In this document: positions 1 to 12,000 of the stretch, in pieces | Layout: every line of letters begins with the position of its first letter | Position numbering within the stretch: the first letter of the stretch is position 1 | Assembly (NCBI GenBank): GCA_951406725.2 | Contig: OX597824.1 | Span: 98,766,001 to 98,830,000 of the forward strand | From: Octopus vulgaris | Taxonomy: Eukaryota | DNA: 64,000 nucleotides | Direction of reading: 5' to 3' | Made by a program: the position numbers and the translations under genes | The notes under the pieces: generated by a model | Database searches by the model: none | Told to the model about the DNA's origin: nothing | The model's input: the letters and a program-made list of their open reading frames with translations, nothing else

Positions 1-272
1 CTCAAGAACTTTTATAGGTAGAGTCAAAAAGGAATTTAAACTGGCAATAAAAGGAGGGAGATCGGTGGGGCGAATGAATTAAGCACTATAAAAATAAAAT
101 TCACCGAAAGAATAGTTTGAAGGCTTGGCTGCGGGGTAAGAAGTTTGCTTCACAACCACATAGCTCCAGGTTCAGTCCCACTGTGGGGTAGTGTCAGCTA
201 CTACAGCCTCAGGCCGACCAACGGCTTGTGAGTGGGTTTGGTACACAGAAACTGAAAGCAACGCATTGTATA

Positions 273-314
<42 letters not shown>

Positions 315-668
315 TCCTCCACCACCACTTGAAAACCTCTGCTGGTTTGTTTACGACCCCGTAATTGAGAGATTTGGCAAAAAAGACCGATTTGGCTTTA
401 AAAGTAATAATAAGTCCTGGAGTCAATTCATTCGACTAAAAACTCTTCAAGTCAGTGCCCCAGCATGGCCACAGCCTAATGACTGAAGCAAGGAAACGAA
501 TGTAATTTTCATTTTTTTTTTTCCATTTCAAATTACATAAAATTTAATTAAATTGATTTAAATTGAATTGAATTGTCGACAACTGATAACCTATCTAACC
601 ATTGCAATAGATTCGTTTTATTTGATAATTGCTACGACGATGATGATGATGATGTTTTTGCCTTGTAG

Positions 669-874
669 ATCCTTACATCAAAGTGGAGATGTACGTGAAT
701 GGACTGAGGGAAGCAAAACACAAGACGAAAGTACGTCAGAACATGACGGAACCAGCTTGGCATCACCAGTGTGTCTTTGATATCAACCGAGAAAACCCGA
801 AACTATTGGGTCACATGTTTGTCTTCACGGTGATGCACAAAGACATGATGACCGGAGCACACAGAATCGGCAAG
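669..874 (+). CDS. Synaptotagmin-like C2B-domain gene, penultimate coding exon (gene begins left of window)
   Basis: ttgtag|AT acceptor at 669, AAG|gtaaaa donor at 874. Translates (D)PYIKVEMYVNGLREAKHKTKVRQNMTEPAWHHQCVFDINRENPKLLGHMFVFTVMHKDMMTGAHRIGK, matching the C2B pattern DPYVK...KKKT...P...F...V.D.D......IG. Confidence 0.85.
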
Positions 875-1691
875 GTAAAACATCTTGGACTCTGAGCAAC
901 AACGACTAACGTAACATGCGCATGACGAGGTTTAACCACTAGCTAGGTTAACCACTCCTTCTTTAAATGTAATATATCTTCAGTATATGTTTCTTCCAAT
1001 CCACGTGGCCACCCTCTCTGGTTTGCACACTCTGCTTAATGGCATTTTGTTCGGGGTGCTAGCACTTCTGCCAGCTCACCTCCTCATCTGTGGTTGACAT
1101 ATTGAACAGAAATTAACAAGGTGCAAACTGGCAGGCTTATTAGCACTTGAGAGAAAATGCTTGGCTAACAAAACTGAACATTAATTAACTGTGGCTAACA
1201 AAACTGAACATTGATTTTAAAAAGTTTAACATTTGCTCACATGAATATAACTAAATGCAGCAGCTTTGGAATCAAGGATTCATCTAGGTTTCATAGCCAG
1301 AAGGAGTACTCAATACAGGATCCTTATACTAACATGTCTGGAATTCCATCAACTTCACTATTATCTGGCTACGTGACTGAGCAGGGAAAGTATATAAGTC
1401 GAATTTAGTGTCAACAAATGAAAGTGGCACAGTTGGCTGCATTGAGAGAATGAATGGGGGGGGGGGGGGCTAAGTCAAGAGGGCCTTGGGCAAGGATCAA
1501 CAGTTCGAATCCTGTCATCAAAGCTGTGTTGTTACCTTAGACAAGGCATTAAACTCTCACATGTATTATACTCCACCAAACCTGCAACATGTAGGAAATT
1601 GATGAATGGTTTACTGGTTTACAGTGCTGCATTCAATTCCTTCACTAAAAGAGCTACATGGAAGAGACTTGTCTCTATCCAGGAAGAGATT

Positions 1692-1761
<70 letters not shown>

Positions 1762-2063
1762 TCCTCTATTTAACCTTACAAATATCAGACAAAGAATGGT
1801 AGTTCTATCGATTCTTGAGATCTGGGAAAAAGAGATGTTTTTTCCTTAATTCTAAATGGCATGTTGATGCCAGTGCAAGATGCTTGGTAGAATGGAGGAT
1901 CAGCCACCTGGCAAAGGATTTGAACTCCTGACCAAGGTTCACACTGATTCCCATGTTATTGGGTTCAATAAGTACCAGTAATATATTTAGGTTAATTCAA
2001 TTGATAATATTTCCTTTATTACTAAATAGTGTTCTACTTGTAGAAGAAAACAATATCAATCTG

Positions 2064-2412
2064 CCACCATCATCACTACCATCATCACCATCACCACCAC
2101 CACAACACCATCACCACCACCACAACACCATCACCACCATCATCACCATCACCACCACCGTCACCATCACCACCACCACAACACCATCACCACCACCATC
2201 ATCACCATCACCACCACCATCATCACCATCACCACCATCGTCACCATCACCACCACCACAACACCATCACCACCATCATCACCATCACCACCACCGTCAC
2301 CATCACCACCATCGTCACCACCACCACCACCACCATCACCACCATCGTCACCACCACCACCACCACCATCACCATCACCATCAACATCATCACCACCATC
2401 ACTACCATTACT
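2064..2412. repeat. (CAC/CAT)n microsatellite in the synaptotagmin-like last intron
   Basis: Trinucleotide run lying between exons 669-874 and 2473-2595. Confidence 0.95.
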
Positions 2413-2472
2413 AACACTAACCAGTGCTGTTGCTAGCATCATTTAATTCTATCCATCTCTGTTTATTTCCAG

Positions 2473-2595
2473 GTGGAATTAGGTTGGTATAGCCATGGTG
2501 AACAACTACGCCATTGGTACGAAATAATGGAACATCCTCACCGACCTGCTGACTATTGGCACCCAGTCATCAAAGAGAGTAAATTAAATTCCTGA
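2473..2595 (+). CDS. Synaptotagmin-like gene, terminal coding exon
   Basis: ttccag|GTG acceptor, phase 0 matching the previous exon. VELGWYSHGEQLRHWYEIMEHPHRPADYWHPVIKESKLNS*, i.e. the synaptotagmin C-terminal G..LRHW..M..P..P...WH.L signature. TGA at 2593-2595. Confidence 0.88.
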   Translation: MELGWYSHGEQLRHWYEIMEHPHRPADYWHPVIKESKLNS

Positions 2596-2654
2596 GTATC
2601 CACTAGAAATGGCTAACTTAATTATTAAACCTCCAGCTTTTGGTAGTTTGTTTT

Positions 2655-3440
2655 CTTTTCGTTCAACCATGAAGTTTGTTCTACAGATTTTTATTCTACC
2701 ACAAAGTTTGTCAACCATGAAATTTGTCTACCACAAAGTCTGTCAACCAAAAAGTCTGTTCTACAGAGTTTATCTACCACAAAGTTTGTTCCACCACAAA
2801 GTCTCCCCATCATAAACTCTGTCTACCACAAACTCTGTCAACAGCAGAGTTGTTCTGCCACAGAGTCTGTCTGCCAGAGTTGTTCTACCACAGAGCCTGT
2901 CTACATGAGAGTTATTCTACCACAAAGTTTGTCTACCATTGTGTTTGTTCTACTGTGTCATTTCTTTTTTCCTCTGTCACATTTTATTCAACCACAAAGT
3001 TTATCTACTGCAAAGTTTATTCAGTTAAAAAGTTGTTCTACTGAGTATATTTTCTGCCACAAAAATTTACTCTGTTACAAAGTTTGTTCTACCACAAATT
3101 CTGTCAACAAAATCTGTCTAATGCAAAGTTTCTTCTGCCACAGAATTTGTTCTACCATAAAGTTCATCTACCAGAGACCACAAAATATGTTTAATACAAA
3201 ATTTCTTCTCCTACCAATTCTCTTCTCCCACAGAGTTTATTCTTCGTGCAGTATTCCCCAACCTTGGTATTTGCTTTACCACAGATCTTCCTACACAGGA
3301 AATACATTTTACCACCAAGTTTGTCTACCACAGTTTTTCTACCTCAAAATTTATTCCTCTACAAAATTAGGCCAACTACAAAGTTTTTCTCTACCATAAA
3401 GCTTGTTCTCTACCAAATAATTAATTCTACCATAAAGCAT
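2655..3440 (+). repeat. Degenerate 17-18 bp minisatellite (CTACCACAAAGTTTGT-like)
   Basis: Dozens of diverged units, starting ~60 nt after the synaptotagmin-like stop codon. Confidence 0.85.
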
Positions 3441-3984
3441 GGAAGCTGGTATTAGGTTGCAAGCATTTTCTGATGCAAACTATGAACTTTATAGGGAAAG
3501 TTTGATCATGGGAATCTATGATGACACACAGCTTGTGGGGGCAGGTGACATTTGAACTCTTGTCCCTCAATATGCCCTTTCAACGACAACAAGAGCAAAA
3601 TGAAAATAGAACAATGATAACAAAGGCAATGACAACAATGAGGATGATGATCAGCAAAAAATAAATAAAGACAAACACGAAAAAGTAAATCGTTAAATTG
3701 CAAAAATAGATTTGAAATGGGAAGGAAAATTATGGAACAAAAATGCTGGAAAAAAAAAAAAAACTTCAAAAAAGAGAATTTTTCATTATAACATTTATAC
3801 TTATGGAATATTTTTCCAAATTCTTAAAAAAACATATCGCATTTGGAAGAGAAAGACTAACAGTAAATGTATTTTTCAAATTTTCAAAGCATGAAGAGTT
3901 TGTTACAAAAGAAATTTCTAGAAGGACTCTCTCTATATATATACATATATATACACACAAACGCGCAACATACTTAGGTATATA

Positions 3985-4242
3985 TATTGATAGTAGTAAA
4001 GATATGACAACAAAAGAATGAAAGAGACCTCGATATTATGTAAATAGAGGAATTTATCTGTAAAAGTAATATGTGACAATTATTCGGTTGCCATGATAAA
4101 ACTCCGAGTTTCGGATGTCGGAGCAGAAACCTGCACTGGCATCTCTTCAATTATTGAGCCATGTGGGTTTCTGCCCCGACATCCGAAACTCGGAGTTTTA
4201 TCATGCCAACCGAATAATTGTCACATATTACATTTACAGATA
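3985..4242. mobile_element. Penelope-like terminal repeat forming a fold-back, with hammerhead-like motif
   Basis: ~75 bp inverted arms at 4056-4131 and 4166-4242. Same family at 42350-42570 and 59585-59727. Confidence 0.65.
4095..4155 (-). ncRNA. Degenerate minimal type I hammerhead ribozyme motif
   Basis: Minus strand: AUAA-UUGAAGA-GAUG..(GCAG-GUUU-CUGC)..CAUC-C-GAAA-CUCGGAG-U-U-UUAU. Conserved core with C3>U; stem I AUAA/UUAU; near-palindromic stem III. Confidence 0.55.
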
Positions 4243-4319
4243 TATATATATATACACATATAGATACACATATATTTACACATTTGTGTGTGAGTATACA
4301 CACGCACACACACACACAC

Positions 4320-4392
4320 ACACATACATACATATGTACGTATGTACTACATACATACATGCATACATACATACATACATACATATATAAAG

Positions 4393-4425
<33 letters not shown>

Positions 4426-4582
4426 AATACATACATACATACATACATATATAAATACATACATACATACATACATACATACATACATACATACATACAT
4501 ACATACATACATACATACATACATACATACATACATACATACATACATACATACATGCAAGCATATATATATATATATATAT
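4320..4582. repeat. (TACA)n microsatellite, representative of many (TA)n/(CA)n/(CT)n tracts
   Basis: Direct inspection. Similar low-complexity tracts at 5410-6180, 8460-9000, 9150-10710, 60340-60770 and elsewhere. Confidence 0.95.
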
Positions 4583-4840
4583 CTTGAGAGAAAAGCTTTA
4601 TATTTGGTAAAAACTGGTTAAATGAAAGTTTCCTGTGAAATTGTAGGTAATTTGTGTGAACATGCTTCTTATTTTTGTGAAATATTAATGAAAAGTTGGT
4701 GATATATACGTGTGATGTAGAAACATAGAGATATTTTTTCTAAACATAGCATATGTGTATATATTAAATTGGGTAGGTATACATGCACATACATCCACAC
4801 CAAAGCACATATACATACAATATATATATATATATATACA

Positions 4841-4876
<36 letters not shown>

Positions 4877-5676
4877 GAGAATAGGTATTTTCTCCATGAA
4901 TGAGTAGAAACATATAAAAGAGTCAGAAGTTGAAAAAGCACTTTAAGAAAATCTATTTCCACTGACTTAACCCGTTTCCCAATTTTCTGGATTTTCATGG
5001 TCTTCATACGTAGGGAAATAGATCCTGAGTTTATATCACTATATTCTCACTGGGTATTCATCACGGATGATTCGTGAGGCAGTTTTTGTATTCAATTGAG
5101 AGTACTAACTGTCAAGGTAACCTGGTTTTTTGAGGTTTTGCTTGGTCAGTTTCATACCTTTAAAAGGGAAAAGCAATCAAGCATAAAAACAACCAACCTA
5201 CTTTCCTGGTTATCATGCTCTGTCAAATATAAAGAACTGCTTCTCCAACCATTTGTTTGGAACACCCGGAGAAAATTTAGTCTACACAAATATGGAAAAG
5301 ATCTAAAATATATTCCTCTACACTGGAAAACCATGAAATCCATGGAAATCGTGAAAACTGGTTAAATAAATGTAAATAAGTTTCCTTTAAGCAAATTTTT
5401 AACTTCTTGTGTGTGTGTATTTATATGAATATGTACATATACATATGTGTGTGTGTATATATACATACGTATACACACATACACATGTAAACACACACAC
5501 ACACATATATCATCATATATATATATATAAACACATATTTATACATATAATACATACACATACAATGAAAAAGTGAATTGTATAAACATGAGAAGCATTA
5601 AAAATAACAATAACACATTTATAAATGGATGTATATATTTAAATATAAATTTAAACATGTATATACATATATATGC

Positions 5677-5714
<38 letters not shown>

Positions 5715-5860
5715 ATTTGTTTTGTTTTTTGTTTTTTTATTGTATCATGATCCCACTTACATACACGAACCTGAATATAGAAAAACTTGTATGTAGATTT
5801 ACACCAAAAATCTGCAAATATACTGAACCCCATAAATGTGTATAACATATATGTATGTAT

Positions 5861-5903
<43 letters not shown>

Positions 5904-5952
5904 TACATATATGTGTGTGTATGTGTATATATTTGAATATATATACAAGCTA

Positions 5953-5994
<42 letters not shown>

Positions 5995-6674
5995 GCATAA
6001 ATTTACATACCTACACACACACACATATACACATACATAAATATACACACATATATGTATCCAAGCACATGTAAATATGTACATAGTACCTTAGAGAATG
6101 ACTAAAAGGAAATAACTGACAAAGACAAATAAAAAGAGAAAAAGAGAGAGAGTTGTAGAGAGAGAGAGAGTTGTAGAGAGAGAGAGATTTGCATTCCATG
6201 AAGAGAGTTTTTCAATCACATCTCCCAGTAAAATTATACATTTTCCATACATTTCTCAAGCCAGAGTGGGTTGTATAGATCCTCAAATTCTAACATGTTT
6301 CACAATTTTTTTCTGTAGTTACTAATTATAATTATGACCCATGTTTAGTTGTGGATTTTGCCTTTATTTGTATCTGGGGTTACAGCAGCTTAAAGTTGAT
6401 GAAAATAACATCTTGGCCATGTTTTTATTGTGCATAAAATGCCAAAAGCTGATAGAATTACTAGAATGCCAAGCAAAATGCCTGGCAGGATTCCATCCAT
6501 CTTTACGTTCCCAAGTTCAAATTCTACCAAGACTGACTTTGCCTTTCGTCCTTTCAGAGTTGATAAATCAAATACCAGTTGTGCACTGGGGTCGATGTCA
6601 TCAACTTACCCTCCTCCCCCTGAAATTGCTGGCCTTGTGCTGAAATTTGAAACCTAGTCACTGTGTGTGTGTGT

Positions 6675-6722
<48 letters not shown>

Positions 6723-7033
6723 ATAGTAGTAGTAGTAGTAGTAGTAGTAGTCTGTAATATTTAGTTAATTTTTTGAGTCAGAAAGTAGAATTTCTTGGAA
6801 TAACCGTTCTACAAATCCTGTTCCCAGCTTTCAATATTTTCACTTTCAAAACATTTTCACAACTTCTAGGTGCAGGAATGGCTGTGTGGTAAGTAGCTTG
6901 CTTACCAACCACATGGTTCCGGGTTCAGTGCGTGGCACCTTGGGCAAGTGTCTTCTACTATAGCCTTGGGCCAACCAAAGCCTTGTGAGTGGATTTGGTA
7001 GACGGAAACTGAAAGAAGCCCGTCATATATATG

Positions 7034-7083
<50 letters not shown>

Positions 7084-8012
7084 TCCTCCCAACATCGCTT
7101 GACAACCGATGGTGATGTGTTTACGTCCCCATAACTTAGAGGTTCAGCAAAACAGACCAATAGAATAAGTACTAGGCTTCCAAAGAATAAGTCCTGGGGT
7201 TGATTTGCTCAACTAAAAGGCAGTGCTCCAGCATGGCTGCAGTCACATGACCAAAACAAGTAAAAGAGTAACAAGCAAAGTATTCTCTCCCCTAGCAACC
7301 AATTATTAATCCTAGCAACCAATACATTGTGAACCTATATGAGGTTGCTTGACATGCTAGAAATAGCAACTGAATTTCCTCAAAACCCCTATTATCTGAA
7401 AGAAAGTCAAGACACACTACACAATGTAGTCAGTTCCTTGTGTAGAAAAAGGTGAGGTGGTCATGGTTGGAGCATCTATGATCATAGGACTAGCATGGCA
7501 CTAAACAACAGCATCAACATCCTTCAGTAATGTACAATTTGCTTCAGTTGAACCAGTTAGACTTTTCCAATCTATCTGAGGTGATGGGTTCCATTTGGAT
7601 TGTCTTGTTAAGGACAGCAAAAAGGTTGCCATGGGGAACATGATTAAATATCTTTTAATTCTAGTTTCATTCTTTCTAATCCCAAAATATAATATGCACA
7701 CACACAAACATACATATACGAATATACATACTTAGGCAACTGGTCATGGCAGGAACACCTTTGATTAGATGTCTGTTGAATCAGGGCTGACCTGGGGCTA
7801 AACAATAACAAGAACCCTAGGCCCCCCGCACTATGCCCTATCCTCAACAATCAAATACACGATGGGCATGGATGGGATCTCTATGACTGTAGGTCTGTCC
7901 TTCAGAACCTATTTCTTTATTGCCCACAAGGGGCTAAACACAAGGGGCTAACGTTTCTGCCAGCTCACCGCCTTCTGTCTTTCAGAATCCTACCTTCGGC
8001 TAAACAGCCATT

Positions 8013-8054
<42 letters not shown>

Positions 8055-8118
8055 ACATACACACACACACAGGGCTTGTTTATTCAGTTAGATAAGAGAG
8101 AATATATTTCTACTACAA

Positions 8119-8158
<40 letters not shown>

Positions 8159-8546
8159 ACTCTATGCTTCTAGAATACATTTACCATTTACTTTACATGC
8201 AAAGTGCATTATGTGCATATGAATGTAGGCCTGTGGATTTATACACATACATGTGTGTATGTGTATATATGTCATTTGAGTGCAGCCATGCTGGAGCACC
8301 ACCTTTAGTCGAAGAAATCGACCCCAGGACTTATTCTTTGTAAGCCTTGTGCTTGTTCTATCAGTCTCTTTTGCCAAACCACTAAGTTATGGGGATGTAA
8401 ATACACGGACATCAGTTGTCAAGCGATGGTGGGGGGACAAACACAGACACACAAACACACGAGCATACATGTATGTATGTATATATATATATAAATAAAT
8501 ATATATATATATATATATATATAAACATATATATAGACATTTATAA

Positions 8547-8577
<31 letters not shown>

Positions 8578-8615
8578 CATACATATATACATATATATAT
8601 GTGTGTGTGTATATA

Positions 8616-8653
<38 letters not shown>

Positions 8654-8845
8654 ATGTATGTATAACTATATACATATGTATATATGTTTATATATATATA
8701 TGTGTGTGTGTGTTTAACATATCTGTATATACATATGTGTGTCTGTGTGTGTATATGTATATACATATGTATATATAAATATATGTGTATATATATATAT
8801 ATATACACACATGTTTATACGTATGTATATATACATATGTGTGTG

Positions 8846-8876
<31 letters not shown>

Positions 8877-9031
8877 ATTTTCTATATATTTATACACACA
8901 CACACACACATATTTATATGCATATATGTATATCATAGTGCATGTATGTGTGTATGTGAAAGGGATAAAGGGCGAGAGAGAGAGAGAGAGAGTTTTCTTG
9001 CTTCCTAGAAGGTGTAACACTTTATCCTGCA

Positions 9032-9114
9032 GTTACTATGGCGATTGTAATTGTCGTTATAGCAACCATAAAATTTGTCCCTCTTGTAACCATAGTGACT
9101 GTCACTGTAGTTAC
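9032..9114. promoter_or_regulatory. Homotypic cluster of 14-bp X-box (RFX) consensus matches
   Basis: GTTACTATGGCGAT (9032-9045, matches on the minus strand), GTCGTTATAGCAAC (9053-9066) and GTAACCATAGTGAC (9086-9099) fit RTHNYYWTRRNRAC exactly. GTCACTGTAGTTAC (9101-9114) has one mismatch. Confidence 0.55.
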
Positions 9115-9148
9115 TATTTGTTGCGACATTAGAAAAAAGAGTTAGCTC

Positions 9149-9215
<67 letters not shown>

Positions 9216-9662
9216 GTATGCACACATATAGCTAGACAGACATAGATATATAAAATTTACATATATAGACAGATAGACAGATAGACAGATAAATAGTTAT
9301 ACACATGTAGCCATGTATGTGTATGTGCGTGCGCATACATGTGTGTTTGTGCATGTGCACATGCGCATCTAAATGTTTATTATATTCAAATTTGCTGCAA
9401 CAACTAGCGTGTATACGTGTGTTTGTGTATGTATGTATTTGTGCGTGTGTGTGTTGTGTGTGTATGTGTGTTTGTCTTGTACATAGCAACATCCATCCCA
9501 GGAATTAATAAGGGACGAAGTGAAAGAACTGCTTCCACAGCATTTCTGAGGAGTTGGGCTTCACAAACACCAAAAGGCACCTGGCTAATCAGCAAATTAC
9601 TATTGAAAGGCACTTGGTTGGTTGTATGCATACCTGTATGCATACATTTCATACATATATAG

Positions 9663-9697
<35 letters not shown>

Positions 9698-9741
9698 GAT
9701 ATATATCGCACATACACACACACACGCACGCATATATGTAC

Positions 9742-9780
<39 letters not shown>

Positions 9781-10045
9781 CATGCATCAATGTCTCTACA
9801 CATAAAATTCTGTTTGACAAGAAAGCATGCAAACTTACATCTACACAAACATAAATAAGTACGGATACAAAAAAATACATATACATATATATATACACCT
9901 ATGCATATACATGTATATACATACATACAAATACAATGGGGTCCCACCTGACGTCCTTTAAATAAATTTCAATGAAAGAATCCAGTTTCTAAATTGGAAA
10001 CTCCCTGCTTCTCTGTTTCTGAGAAGTTTCTAAGATGAAACCAAA

Positions 10046-10115
<70 letters not shown>

Positions 10116-10186
10116 ATATATATATATACACACACACAAACACACAATGAAAAGAAGACAAAGAAAATTCTTTAATACATCTTTAA

Positions 10187-10253
<67 letters not shown>

Positions 10254-10271
10254 TGTATATATATATATACA

Positions 10272-10323
<52 letters not shown>

Positions 10324-10590
10324 TGAGTATATTTGTGTGTATTTGTATCTACATGCACATACATTAATTTATGTCTACGTCTCAATATGTTTTGCTGTAA
10401 GTCTATTTGTGTGTATATGTATATATATATATGTGTGTGTGTATGTGTGTATGTGTGTGTGTGTATGTGTATATTTGTGTGTTTGTATCTACATTCACAT
10501 ACATTAATTTATGTTTATATCTAAACATATATTGTTGTATGTCTGTTTGTGAGTACATATATATATACATATATATATATGTATGTATAA

Positions 10591-10625
<35 letters not shown>

Positions 10626-10631
10626 TGTATG

Positions 10632-10685
<54 letters not shown>

Positions 10686-11749
10686 GTATATATATATACA
10701 TGTGTGTATATAAACAATGGAAGTATATACCTTTACCTTTGGCTACTTTAACATTAATGTGACAAATGAATAACAAAACCAATAATCCATTGAATATATT
10801 TTCTTAAATCTTTAGTAACAAAACTGTTGTTTTATATCTGAACTTAACCTTTAACTCCATTGAATGTCATATTTGACCCCATTTAAACCCCTTCAAATGT
10901 TACAGCTGATTCCTATTTAACCCCCTCCCTTATCACATCCACCCTTCCCCTTTTAACCCCATCAAACACCATTCTTGGCCACCCCCTTCCCATCATCTTT
11001 ATTGCTATTTTATACCGAAACTTAGGAAAAGGAATCTAATCGTGAAAAGGGCTTCTTGGCGGAATCGGTCATTTTGGATTGTTGTATCTCATACCGTCCA
11101 ATATTTCTCTATGGTAATAATAACTCCCTTCCTAGGCATAAGGTCAAATCAAACCCCATGTTATAACTGGTACTTATTTTGCTGAACTACAAAGAAGATT
11201 ATGGGCTAGTGTGTCCTCAGCAGTAGAGTACCTAGCTGTATATAAGTACCATAGTATGGTACCTGGTTGTAAGTAGGTACCAAGCCATAGTAGGTGCCAC
11301 AGTATGGTACTATACTTGATAAGTGTGGCCTGTGTAACTAACAAGTGTCTTACACTGCTGAGTCCAGTTCTGCACCCACCAGGGGGAGCTGCCTGTGCTA
11401 GACCTTCGTCCCTTCCTGAAATATATTCCTCCTTTCTCCCACCGAACATTTCAGGCAACAGAATTACCATAACTCCTCGCAATTGAAGGAGAAGGCAACA
11501 GCTTGGATGAATGCAGAAGTCTGTAGCCATTGGATGAAGGGAAGTATTTGGGTTTAAAGTAAATATGAAGAGAACAGAGAAACCTGCAGGACCTTATCAA
11601 GGAAGGACCGTTGTTGTCTGGGAAGGAGAATTAATTGATATTTAAAAACCAATTCCAACATTTGAGTCCTTTTCAAAGAATCTTGTAACATTTGTTGGTT
11701 TTGTAGAGAGCAACTCTGCATAAATAATGTCATAACTTTGTCATAGAAT

Positions 11750-12000
11750 CAATGACTATTTTATAGCAACTATGATCTTTTACTGTACATATATGACAAC
11801 CTTGTTGTCGCTCTGTTATAGCAACTATGACCCTGTTATAGCCACTATGATCTTGTTATAGCAACTATGACTGTATTATAGCCACTATGATCTTGTTATA
11901 GCAATTATGGCCATCTTCTACACATTTATAACATAACCCTATCACAGCAACTATGATTCTGTCATAGCAACTATGACTCAACCATAGCAACTATGACAAT
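11750..12000 (+). repeat. 20-bp minisatellite (TCTTGTTATAGCAACTATGA)
   Basis: Five exact-period units at 11811-11910, three more at ~11937-11996 and degenerate units upstream. Confidence 0.9.

Noticed and set aside
1953-2414. His/Pro/Thr-rich 153-aa ORF
   Set aside because: A (CAC/CAT)n microsatellite inside the last intron of the synaptotagmin-like gene.
8416-10782. Many YI/CV/HT-rich ORFs
   Set aside because: Dinucleotide microsatellite translations.
11241-11312. Small GGTACC-rich palindromic cluster
   Set aside because: Short and imperfect; no supporting context beyond a possible tiny MITE.
11811-11910. CRISPR-like regular repeats
   Set aside because: Head-to-tail 20-bp units without unique spacers, in eukaryotic DNA with no cas genes.
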